A DNA stretch of 64,000 nt from Pelagibacteraceae bacterium (GTDB lineage Bacteria; Pseudomonadota; Alphaproteobacteria; HIMB59), in NCBI GenBank assembly GCA_019651435.1, contig BOYI01000003.1, positions 30,945 through 94,944 on the forward strand. Direction: 5' to 3'. Every line of letters begins with the position of its first letter. Position 1 is the stretch's first letter. A program made the position numbers and the translations under genes. Positions 34,821 to 45,439 of the stretch are shown here, piece after piece. The notes beneath the pieces were generated by a model, which had not been told where the DNA came from, ran no database searches, and was given only the letters and a program-made list of their open reading frames with translations.

Positions 34821-35359
34821 TTGCAAGAAAAATTTCTTGATTGGCAATGTCAGTCAAGAATGAATGCTTTTAGAACGCAAGGAGGTAGGCCCAACACCTC
34901 CATGACACCTTATTTATTAGATGATAAAGGCAACGAGTACGCTCAAATTATTGTTGTACTTGTAGAAAATGATTGTGAGGAGACGACAAGACTCTTTGAG
35001 TATAACTTTAAAAAACATATGATCCTGCCGAAAGATACGACAAGATTAATAAGTTTTTGTCATCTGAGTTCTTCTTAGATAAACATAAGTTTAGTGATGC
35101 TTTATTCGCCACATTTCCAAAAAAGAATAAATTTATCTCAACAATAGTAAAAAAAGGTAAGTGTATCTTGGACTTTATTCACCTCTCTACTAATTATCGA
35201 ATAGAGTGCACGCCTTTTATTTTAGATGAAGATGAAAATGCTTGGGAAAATGTTTTTTGGCATAATTTAAATTTTAACCCCGGTCTTAATAAAGACATAG
35301 ATGTAGTAAAATTTATTCCTAATTGGAAAAAATCTAAACTTATTAGAATTTCTGAATAA
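34821..35359 (+). CDS. Hypothetical protein downstream of gmaS (frameshifted)
   Basis: ORFs 34821-35078 and 35057-35359 overlap in different frames; FLDWQCQSR...GGRP and WHNLNFNP segments look protein-like. Confidence 0.65.
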
Positions 35360-35362
35360 AAA

Positions 35363-35390
35363 AAAAGGCGACTATAAATAGCCGCCTTTT
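35363..35390. terminator. Bidirectional intrinsic terminator between convergent operons
   Basis: AAAAGGCGACTAT-aa-ATAGCCGCCTTTT hairpin flanked by A/T tracts. Confidence 0.75.
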
Positions 35391-35411
35391 AAAATAAATA
35401 TTTTTTTCTAA

Positions 35412-35891
35412 CTATTCGTTAAGCTTAAAGTTATCGCCTTTAACGTAAGTTTTCTTTAGGTGCAACTAAAGGATGACTTGAGGACATCTGGAACTTAATT
35501 AAAAGTTCTCTTGCTAGCATATCTCTTTCTTGCTGGCCTTTAGGTAGCTTCATTTTTGCTGGTACGGTAATCCAACCATTTGCATTTCTGTCAAAAACAG
35601 CTGGCTTGTCACCTTCATATCCCATATGGACATCTTCTAACCAGTTAAGATCATCCCAACCCATCGTCTCAATATATTTCTTCAAGAATGGTGTTAGTTT
35701 TTTATAATCAGGAATTAAATTACATCATATCGATAACCAATATGCTGTCCGATTGATTTTTCTCTTTCAGATTTAATATCCTTATCTTTTAACTTAGCGC
35801 CACCAACTGCTTGGTACTTTCCACCCTTTACACCTAAAGAGAATGACTTACTTGCTTTTTTTGTTTTAGTAGTTTTTTTTGCTTTTGCCAT
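35412..35891 (-). CDS. Hypothetical protein (~160 aa), last gene of the second GS/Mgs-like operon (frameshifted)
   Basis: ATG at 35891 with RBS AGGAGGAG; Lys-rich N-terminus, then GQHIGYRYD...MGWDDLNWLEDVHMGYE... Confidence 0.7.
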
Positions 35892-35899
35892 TTCTCCTC

Positions 35900-37234
35900 C
35901 TATATTGAATGGTAGTTTTTAACACCAACGGTCATATCGGTTCCTGCTAAAGGAACTTTTGCCATTGCTGAAGCTTCCATAGTTAAAGCTGCTAAATCTT
36001 CTGGCTCAAGTGAGTGAAGATTTGTTTTACCACAAGCTCTTGCCATTAACTGTGCTTCAAGTGTCATAGTGTTGAGCATGTTATAGACTCTTTCAGCTGC
36101 CTCAGTAGGATCTAATCTACTTCTAAGAACTGGGTCTTGAGTAGCTACACCAACTGGACATCTGCCTGTGTGACAGTGATAACAATATCCGGCTTCAACA
36201 CCCATTTCCTTTTCGAAATCAGCTTCAGGAATATCTTTGTTACAGTTAAGCGCTATAAGACCGGCTGTTCCAATAGCAATAGCATCTGCACCTAGTGCTA
36301 GAGCTTTAGCCATATCAACACCATCTCTAATACCACCAGCATAAACAAGTGTGATATCTCCTGATTTTCCAACATCATCAAGAGCTCTTCTTGCTTCTCT
36401 GACTGCACCAATACCAGGGATACCTGTATTTGCGGCTGCAACGTGTGGGCCTGCACCAGTTGAACCTTCCATAGAGTCTAAGAAAATAGAGTCAGGATCA
36501 CATTTAGCTGCCATTCTGACATCATCATAAACTCTTGAAGCTCCAAGTTTTAATTGAATTGGCACTTGGTTATCAGTAAGTTCTCTTAATTCAGCAACCT
36601 TTAATGCCAAATCATCTGGACCCATCCAGTCTGGATGTCTTGCAGGTGATCTTTGGTCAATACCAGCTGGTAAAGATCTCATCTCTGCAACCTGATCAGT
36701 AACTTTTTGACCCATTAAGTGTCCACCCATTCCAACTTTTTGACCTTGTCCAATAAACACTTCAATAGCATCTGCTAATTGAGCATGGTGAGGATTAAAG
36801 CCATATCTTGATTGGATACACTGGTAATACCATTTATTTGAGTATCTTCTCTCATCAGGAATCATACCACCTTCACCAGAACATGTAGCGCTACCTGCCA
36901 TAGTTGCTCCACGAGCTAAAGCAGTCTTTGCTTCATAAGATAAAGCGCCAAAACTCATACTTGTGATGTAGACAGGTATGTCTAATTTAATTGGGTTTTT
37001 AGCTCTAGGACCAATAACGGTTTCAGTTAAACATTTCTCACGATAGCCCTCGATAACAAAACGTGTAAGGGTTCCGGGAAGAAAAGTTAAATCATCCCAG
37101 TGAGGAATTTTTTTCATGAGAGCCATACCTCTCATTCTGTATCTTCCTAACTGCGCCTTAATATGGATATCATCCATGACGTCAGGAGTGAAGATTGCGT
37201 TTTTACCTAAAAGTGTAGTATTTCTTTTTGCCAT
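35900..37234 (-). CDS. FMN-binding glutamate synthase-family protein (MgsC/GlxD paralog 2)
   Basis: MSFGALS, SGEGG, GQGQKVGMGGHL, RHPDWMGPDDL, GGIRDG, CYHCHTGRCPVGVATQDP. Confidence 0.9.
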   Translation of the reverse strand: MAKRNTTLLGKNAIFTPDVMDDIHIKAQLGRYRMRGMALMKKIPHWDDLTFLPGTLTRFVIEGYREKCLTETVIGPRAKNPIKLDIPVYITSMSFGALSYEAKTALARGATMAGSATCSGEGGMIPDERRYSNKWYYQCIQSRYGFNPHHAQLADAIEVFIGQGQKVGMGGHLMGQKVTDQVAEMRSLPAGIDQRSPARHPDWMGPDDLALKVAELRELTDNQVPIQLKLGASRVYDDVRMAAKCDPDSIFLDSMEGSTGAGPHVAAANTGIPGIGAVREARRALDDVGKSGDITLVYAGGIRDGVDMAKALALGADAIAIGTAGLIALNCNKDIPEADFEKEMGVEAGYCYHCHTGRCPVGVATQDPVLRSRLDPTEAAERVYNMLNTMTLEAQLMARACGKTNLHSLEPEDLAALTMEASAMAKVPLAGTDMTVGVKNYHSI

Positions 37235-37242
37235 GTTTTCTC

Positions 37243-38083
37243 CTAACCTAATATTCCTTTTCTTTCACTTGGCTCTAAGTTGTCATAGTTCCAAAGCTTT
37301 TTACCAGCAACATATTTCTTAAATTTGCTAGCTGGTGTCTTTGAGTTGATCTCAGCATTGTTTAATTTCTGTTCAAGCCATCTCACTTCATATTCGTTCA
37401 TTTCGCCTTCGACACAGTCACTACCAAGAGATTTGACTTCACCGCCAACAAAAATCATACCGTCGTACATAGAGTCACCCATGTTTGCACTAACATCTCC
37501 GCAAACAATAATTCTTCCTCTTTGCATCATGAAGCCAGTAAATGCTCCAGCGTTTTCCACCAATAATGATAGTTCCGCCTTTCATATCAATACCAGTTCT
37601 TGCACCAGCATTACCTTTAACGATCAAATCGCCACCTCTAAGTGCAGCACCAAAACATGATCCGGCGTTATTTTCGACTAGAACTTTTCCTGCCATCATA
37701 TTTTCAGCACAGGACCATCCAACTCTACCTTTAACTCTAACAGTAGGGCCATCGATACAACCAATACCAAAATAACCTAAACTACCTTCAAATATGATGT
37801 TTAGCTTGTTTAGAATACCCACTCCAAGAGAGTGTTTTGCACCAGGATTTTTAATTACAACAGTTCCATAACCTTTTTTCATCGCATCTCTGATCTTTTG
37901 GTTAAGATCTCTTGCTTCTAGGTCTGTGCAATCAATTGAAGTTCTTTTATTAAAATCAACATCTACATTACCGTAATATGTATAGTTCTCTTCTTCAGTT
38001 GGATTAAAGAAAAGTTGTTGCGTTCTTCCAGTTAGATTTTCATCAGAAAAAGCTAAATTTTCTTTTTTTGCTATACCTGCCAT
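37243..38083 (-). CDS. GXGXG beta-helix subunit (MgsB/GlxC paralog 2; frameshift near 37555)
   Basis: Repeated GxGxG turns, AENMMAG, GIDMKGG, GDSMYDG; ~45 aa N-terminal extension. Confidence 0.85.
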
Positions 38084-39012
38084 ACTTTTACCTCCGCTTC
38101 ATATGGATCGTAAGTTTTAATTTCATGAGGGAAGATATTTCTAATCGCTACTTCCTCAGAGGCACATGCAACTATGTCTTTACTTTCATAAATCACCATT
38201 GGCTTAGCTGCCATATAGTCTTTTGCCATACCTAATTGATCTTTAGTTGCAACAACGTATGTAAAAACACCATCTAGCTCATCTAAACTATCATGCATTG
38301 CCTGTTCTAATTCAATGCCTCTTGCCATTTTATCAGCGATATAAACAGCAATAATTTCAGAGTCACAATTAGAATTGAAACGATAACCTTTTCTCTCCAA
38401 TACTCTTCTATTGCCCCAATAGTTAGTTAACTGACCATTGTGAACAACAGAGACGTCCTCAAAAGGGAAAGCCCAATAAGGGTGAGCAGATTTAATATCA
38501 ACATCTGACTCTGTAGCCATACGGGTATGACCGATACCATGAGTTCCCATGAATTTACCAAGACCATACTGATCTGCTACAGTTGTAGCGTCACCGAGAT
38601 CTTTGATTAATTCTAATCCTTTTCCGATTGATAATATTTCTGTTTTTTCAACAGTTTCAATTTCAGTTGCTAAATCAGTAAGATCGCCTTTGAAATCAAA
38701 TTCATATCGAAAAGCGTATGGAGTGCTGGAGCTTTGTTTGGTTACCTTTGCACCATGTTTTTTCATGATAGCGTCAACCTGACTTTTTCTATCCTTCAAT
38801 TGTTCTGGTGAGTCAATGACAGCATTGACCTTCTCAGCTTCGTTTTCTGAAATTTTAAATCTCATCACAAAGCCTTTTTTCTTTGGTGTACCATACATAG
38901 CATAACCAGTTGAGTCTGGGCCTCTATGTTTTAAACCCTGTAACATAAGACGCATTTGTTCGCCCACGTTTACAGTTTTCTTTCTATTAATTACTCCAGC
39001 TATTCCACACAT
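38071..39012 (-). CDS. Ntn (class II) glutamine amidotransferase subunit (MgsA/GlxB paralog 2)
   Basis: MCGIAG (Cys1 nucleophile), HRGPDS, GHTRMATES, HNGQL, CDSE. Confidence 0.9.
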   Translation of the reverse strand: MCGIAGVINRKKTVNVGEQMRLMLQGLKHRGPDSTGYAMYGTPKKKGFVMRFKISENEAEKVNAVIDSPEQLKDRKSQVDAIMKKHGAKVTKQSSSTPYAFRYEFDFKGDLTDLATEIETVEKTEILSIGKGLELIKDLGDATTVADQYGLGKFMGTHGIGHTRMATESDVDIKSAHPYWAFPFEDVSVVHNGQLTNYWGNRRVLERKGYRFNSNCDSEIIAVYIADKMARGIELEQAMHDSLDELDGVFTYVVATKDQLGMAKDYMAAKPMVIYESKDIVACASEEVAIRNIFPHEIKTYDPYEAEVKVWQV

Positions 39013-39033
39013 ACTTTTCTCCTTATATTGTTC

Positions 39034-40499
39034 TTATGGTAAGCAATCTAAATATTTATCAAGATCCCACTGAGTTGGAGTTGCTAGGAATTCTTCCCAT
39101 TCATCTCTCTTGTATTCAGTGAATACTCTTAACATGTCTCCTGGTAAGGCACCTTGAATAAGTTTATCTTTATCTAACTTGTCAAGTGCTTCGCCCAGTG
39201 TCATAGGTAATTTTTCTTTACCGGCATTAGCTTCATACATATTTGCCTGCTCTGGCTTACCTGGATCCATTTTTTCTTCAATTCCATGACCAAATGCAGC
39301 CAATAAACCAGAACCCATGAGGTAAGGATTATGAGCTGAGTCAACAGAACGATATTCAAATCGACCTGGTGCTGAAACGCGAAGACCACAGGTTCTATTC
39401 TGATAACCCCAGTCAGCATAAACAGGAGCCCAGAAACCAGCATCCCATAATCTTCTGTATGAGTTAACAGTTGATGAACCTAAAGCTGTAAGAGCTGGTA
39501 AGTGTTCCATAACACCACCGATAGCCCAAAGACCAATTTGACCAGGGATTTTTCTATCATCTGTATCAGGCATGAATACGTTTTCACCGCCTCTTCTGTG
39601 GTGATAAACTTGCTCCATTCCTGGGAGCGCTTTTGTATCATTACCGCATGGGATAATTTGATCCTCTCCATCTCTCCATAATGAAATATTCGTATGACAA
39701 CCTGAAGCTGAAACTCCAACAAAAGGTTTTGATAAGAAACATGCAATCAGATTAAACTCTCTAGCAACCTGAGCACAGATTTGACGATAAGTAGACAATC
39801 TGTCCGCGTTTCTTAATACATCATCAAAGTTAAAGTTTAGCTCTAATTGACCAGGTGCATCTTCATGGTCACCTTGAATAATATCAAGACCCATAAATCT
39901 GGAGTATTCAATTACCTTCATGTAAACAGGTCTTAAAGACTCAAATTGGTCAATGTGATAACAATAAGGTTTTGAGAAACCAGAACCTGTTGGAGTGCCG
40001 TCTTCATTTTTTGTAAGCCACATCATTTCTGGCTCAGTACCAGCTCTCAACTCTAAACCGTGTTTATCTTTGAACTCCTGGTGAGCTCTTTTTAAATTTC
40101 CACGACAATCAGAAGTTAAATAACCACCTGGATCATTTTCTTCTTCTCTGTTTCTAAAACAAGTACAGAAAACTCTGGCAATTCTTTTGTCCCAAGGAAG
40201 TTGAACAAAGGTTTCAGGATCTGGGATACCTACAAGCTCATGTGCCTCCGGTCCATATCCAATATAATCACCATTTCTGTTAGTGAATAAATTAGCAGTT
40301 GATCCATAAACCAACTGGAAGCCTTTCTGCGCAACTGTTTCCCAGTGATCAGCTGGGTAACCTTTACCTACAATTCTTCCAGTAACAGAAATAAATTGGA
40401 AATAGATATATTCAATACCTAATTCTTTAATTTTACTTCTGACTTTTTTACATTTTCATTTCTTTCTTTGTCTGCAACGTACGTTTCTAATGCTGTCAT
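39034..40499 (-). CDS. Glutamine synthetase-family ligase, divergent (frameshift near 40445)
   Basis: ATG at 40499 (MTALETYV...YIYFQFISVTGRI); GTEPEM, HEDAPGQLEL, SGCHTN, NSYRRL, QNRTCGLR, FEYRSVD. Confidence 0.88.
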
Positions 40500-40517
40500 A
40501 ATTATTCCTCCTTTACA

Positions 40518-41859
40518 TCAGCTCCAAGGGAACGGGCTATTTGAGACCGGATGTAACTTCCCTTCTTCATATCGAGAAAATCTGAAAGGTTCTAGAATTT
40601 CAGACTTATTTCCCATTACTTCGTCAGATACTAAATCGCCAACACCAGCCATTTTATATCCATGATTTGCGTCTGCTATAATATAGACGTTTTCTCTGTA
40701 TTGGTCGAATACTGGAAAACGATCAGGTGTCACACAACCAATACCGCCAGCTTTTTGCTTTTTGTATTTAGCATGACATCCGTCAAACTGCTTCTGACAA
40801 AAAGCCATAGCAGAAGTAAATTTATCTTCAAATGCTGCACGAGGTTGAAATTCGTCAGATTTTGACCATAAGGGTCGATGTTAACTTCATTAGCAGGTTT
40901 AGTGACATCATACGGAGATGAACCGCCTTGAATTCCATTTCTATATACGTCAGGCTTGTAATAAAAACCCCACATCTCATTTTCATGAATAACATCACCT
41001 GTTTTGTTTGAAACTAAAGTTGACTCTGTATCAACATGGATAACAGGATATTCCGTTCCTTTTGAAGTTCGATAGCTGTGAGGATCGACATCTAGCTCAC
41101 CTTCTTCTAAAGCCATATAAGACCACATTGGAATTTCATCAGTAAACGTTCCATCAGGTTGTTTTATTTTAACAGACTTAGGAAGATCAAGCATTTCCCA
41201 AAAAGTTCTTACCCAAGGACCTGCAGCCACAACTAGTTGTGTACATTCGATAGTTCCTTGATTAGTTTCTACAGCACTAACCGCCCACTGCCATTAGCTG
41301 TAACTAAATTAGTAGCTTGAACACCTTCAAGAATTTTTGCACCAGCTGCCTCTGCTAGTTTTTTGAAACCTAAATTAGCTCCTCTATTTGGACCATAGCC
41401 AGAATTTTTTTCATGAAGAACAGAAGTAATGCCCTGTGCTTGCCAATCTGGTAAATCTTTCATGTACTTATCGCAATCCGCTGCACCCTCAATAAAAGTA
41501 GAATCGTATCCAATTTCTTTTTGTTGACTGTAAACTTCTGCCATTCCTTCGTGCATCAATTGAGAATTGATTTGCATGTAACCGACAGGTCTAAATTGGA
41601 GAACTTCAGCATTAGAGTTCCATACATCAACTGAATGAGCCATTAATCTTCTCATTGCAGGTTGGTAATAATTATTTCTAACGATACCACAAGCTACACT
41701 AGTGGCACCTTCACCAACTTGTGTTTTTTCGATAACGACAACTGAATCTTCTTTCAGTTGACCTTTGCTAGATAATTTTTTGCATAAATGCCATGCTGTA
41801 CTTAAGCCGTGGATACCACCTCCAATGATAAGGTATTCACATTTTGACGGTAAACTCAT
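40518..41859 (-). CDS. FAD-dependent oxidoreductase, DAO/sarcosine-oxidase-beta-like (frameshifted)
   Basis: IIGGGIHGLSTA dinucleotide fold, GATSVACG.VRNNY, AAGPW, TPDRFP, HGYKMAG. Confidence 0.85.
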
Positions 41860-41918
41860 CTTATTAACCTCCGGTTCGAAATATATTTTGATCTTGGTTT
41901 AATGAAAAAACACTAATC

Positions 41919-41977
41919 GTTTCAAATTATGAAACAAATTTTAGATGCAAAAACTTTTTTGTTTCAAATTATGAAAC
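41919..41977. promoter_or_regulatory. Tandem palindromic operators GTTTCA-aatta-TGAAAC (two identical copies, 41919-41935 and 41961-41977)
   Basis: Exact 17-bp direct repeat of an inverted repeat, 42 bp apart, upstream of the FAD oxidoreductase/GS/Mgs-like operon. Confidence 0.8.
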
Positions 41978-41996
41978 AATTTTAAATTTATAGTCC

Positions 41997-42767
41997 TTAG
42001 TTATCAACAATAAGCTTAGATATTTTGATTGATGCGCTTTGTAACAGCTTAACATAGTCAATTGTGTTTTTAGGATTCATGATATTTCTGCTTCCTGATA
42101 ATGAGATTCCCGCGAATGACCTCTTATCTTTGTCAAGAATAGCCACGCCTATACCGTAAGTATTCTCATAGGCCTCTCCATGGTTCAAGGAGTACCCTTG
42201 TGTTCTAATTTTAAGTAATTGTTTTTTTTAAATCGGTTAAATTTTGGATAGTGTTTGTTGTATGAGGAAAAAAATTATAACTTTTATAAATTGAAGAAAC
42301 TTCATTTTCAGGCCTATAAGCAAGCATTACTTTTCCTAAAGCACAACAATGAGCATCCATTCTCATTCGAAAAGTTCGATGCGAGGCGTCGCTATTGACA
42401 TGAGATATTTTATCAGAATGAACTATTTGCGATCCCTCAAGCATAGCAAGATAAGTAATTAAATTAGTTTCGTTTGATACCTCTTCTAATATTTCCTTAG
42501 AAGTTTCAGAAATTGATTGAAGATAATCGGAGGTTTCACCAAATTGAAAAGCTTTATGCCCCATAGTGTAAGTATTTGATGAGTTATTTTTATGGATATA
42601 ACCTAGTTGAGTTAAAACAAATAATAGTCGAAAGGTTGTTGTTCGAGACATAGATGCTTTGCGAGAAATTGCTGCAGCTTTTAGGGGAAAATGGACTTTG
42701 ATAATATTTCTAAAATCTTAAATGATTTTTCTAATGACTTATTAATATATTTTAAATCACTGGTCAT
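41997..42767 (-). CDS. IclR-family transcriptional regulator (frameshifted)
   Basis: SLEKSFKILE...SRTTTFRLLFVL..LGYI HTH; HCCALGKVMLA and GISLSG effector-domain motifs. Confidence 0.85.
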
Positions 42768-42784
42768 ATTTTCTTTATAATTTT

Positions 42785-42801
42785 ATTTCACTTTGTGAAA
42801 C
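42785..42801. promoter_or_regulatory. Operator-like ATTTCA-ctttg-TGAAAC upstream of the IclR gene
   Basis: One mismatch to the GTTTCA-N5-TGAAAC motif; 18 bp before the IclR start codon. Confidence 0.6.
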
Positions 42802-42835
42802 ACTATTAAATAACTTTTATGAAGTTAAATCAATA

Positions 42836-44123
42836 TTATAAGAATTTATTTTCGAGATTTTCTTTAAAACGATAATACCAGCCAAGAAGAGGTAAAAATT
42901 TAATAATAAAAAATTTGAAATAGTTTTTTTCATTCTTAATTTTTGAAATGACAAGATTGCTATTTTGATTTGTAGTAATCATATTTGCGGCTTGATAACC
43001 AAGATAAGGCATAAGAGCCACACCGGCTACCATTACATCCCAAAACAAAAATTTTATTATTTGTTTTTTTAACCATGGGAAGAGTATTGAAAGTAACACC
43101 TACTTTACCACCCCAAATGTAATCAATCGAAAAATTCTCAATTTTTGGCAAGATTATGTTTATTTTCTTATAAAAAAAAGATTTCACCATTTTGCTATTT
43201 TCCATTCCATAGGCCCAAACAGGAAATGCTCCAAACAATATTCTCTTGTGATCTGGAGATGGGCGAAAATAATACAAGTCGTTTTTACTATCGGAATACA
43301 TTCGTAATTTTGGCAAAAGTTTTTGGACCTTCTCTTGCCCTAATATATTTGTTGCAGCGATATAAGATGGCACACCAATGATATTATAATGTTCATTTCC
43401 AATATCTTTTTCTGAGTAACCATTCGTAGCTATAATAAGATATAGCGTTTTAATCTTACCCTCTGAAGTTTTTAGTTCATAAAATTCATCTTTTTTTTGA
43501 TGCGATAAAAGTTTACAAGGACTAAAAATATCAACTTTATTTGAAAGAGCTTTGTCTAAAAAAAAATTATACAGCTTGGCAGGATTAACACTGGCAGCAT
43601 TTTTAACCAGCATCCCTCCTTTATAATAGTTATTAATAATTTCGTTATCTAAGTTTTCAATTATTTGAATTTGTAAATCTGATAAAGAATTAAGAAGTTT
43701 TGTTTTTTGTCTCAATGCATCTAATTTTTTTTTACTATGAGCCAAAACTAATCTTCCTGTTTTTTGATAGGATACTTCCTCTAAATGATGATTTATTTGG
43801 TCCTCCAAATACTCATATGATCCTATGGACTCTTGAATAAACTTCTTAGCAAGATCTTCCCCATAATCTTTAAAAAGATTAATTTTTTTTCCTAAATTCA
43901 AACCCCCTGAGACCATTCCAGCACTTCTAGTGCTTGCGCCCTCTCCTAATGCCAATTGGTCAATGAGAAGAGTTTTTAGACCTTTTGAAGAAGCTTGGAT
44001 GGCAGCGCTTACACCTGTATATCCTGCTCCTACGACTACTAAGTCGTATGAAGAATTTGAAACTTGAGTATTTTGAAAGTGATATGGTTTATAAAATTCC
44101 CACCAATATGGATAAGTTTTCAA
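42836..44123 (-). CDS. FAD-dependent oxidoreductase, PuuB/OrdL-like (frameshift near 43025)
   Basis: PYWW N-terminus, VVGAGYTGVSAA, GASTRSAG, ATNGY, YYFRPSPD.RILFG, GCNG. Confidence 0.8.
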
Positions 44124-44126
44124 AAC

Positions 44127-45439
44127 TTAGAGTTCGTGGCCAGGTATCCAATTAGTTCCAGCTAGAGGAACACGTGCCATTGCAGCAGCTTCAACTGTAA
44201 GAGCAGCTAAATCTTCCGGCTCAAGATTTCGAACATCGGATTTACCATTTGCTCTTGCAAGAGTTTGTAACTCAAGTGTTAGAGTAGCTAAATAATTCTT
44301 AACACGCTTACCAGCTAATTCTGGTTCAAGTCTTTTTTCTAATTCAGGGTCTTGAGTAGCTACACCAACTGGGCATTTGCCTGTATGGCAATGATGACAG
44401 TATCCTGCGGCTGTACCGAGTTTCTCATAATCTTCAGGATACATATCTGCATTACAATTTAAGGCAATCATCGCAGCTGATCCTATAGAGACAGCATCTG
44501 CGCCCATCGCCATCGCTTTCGCAACATCCGCTCCTGATCGTATTCCCCCGGAGACAATTAACTGAACTTTTCGATGCATATTTAGTTCCTTCAATGAGTC
44601 AACTGCTTCTCTTAAAGCACCGAGGTTGGGATACCCACGTGCTCATAAAAACATCCTGTGTAGCAGCAGTTCCACCTTGCATACCATCCAAGACAACGAC
44701 ATCTGCACCTGCCTTAACAGCTAAAGCTGTATCGTAGTAAGCTCGTGCAGCACCAACTTTCACATATATAGGTTTTTCCCAATTAGTAATTTCTCTTAAT
44801 TCTTGAATTTTAATTTCTAAATCGTCTGGACCTGTCCAATCTGGGTGGCGACAAGCACTTCGCTGATCAATACCCTCAGGTAAATTTCTCATCATTGCAA
44901 CTCGTTCATTAATCTTTTGTCCAAGAAGCATTCCACCCCTCCTGGTTTTGCACCTTGCCCAACTACTACTTCGATTGCATCGCTTTTCTTAAATCATCTG
45001 GGTTCATTCCATATCTCGATGGTAATAATTGATAGACTAGATACTTTGAAGATTTCCTTTCTTCTTGTGTCATTCCTCCATCACCTGTTGTAGTTGAAGT
45101 ACCCATAGCAGAAGCACCTCTTCCTAAAGCATCTTTAGCATTGGCTCCTAAGGCTCCGAAGCTCATTCCTGCAATAGTTATTGGAATATCAAGGGTAATG
45201 GGTTTTTGGCGTATCGATCACCAATAACAACAGAAGTATTACACTTTTCTCGATAGCCCTCTAATGGGTATCTTGAAGCTGAAGCACCCAAAAAACCAAA
45301 TCATCAAAATTAGGAACTTTTCTTTTAGCTCCTAATCCACGAATTTGATAAATTCCTTCTCTGGCTGATCTTTGAATTTCCGCAATAGTATCGTGCGAAA
45401 AAGTACTAAAACCTTTTAAATTTTTTTATTATCACTCAT
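44127..45439 (-). CDS. mgsC: N-methylglutamate synthase subunit C (FMN/Fe-S; several frameshifts)
   Basis: MSFGAL, TTGDGGMT, SRYGMNPDDL, CRHPDWTGPDDL, DGMQGGTAATQ, CHHCHTGKCPVG, LAGTNWIPG. Confidence 0.85.

Noticed and set aside
41919-41977. Direct repeat as a mini-CRISPR or mobile-element end
   Set aside because: Only two 17-19 bp copies, no cas or transposase genes, and the same palindrome recurs at other promoters; an operator is a better explanation.
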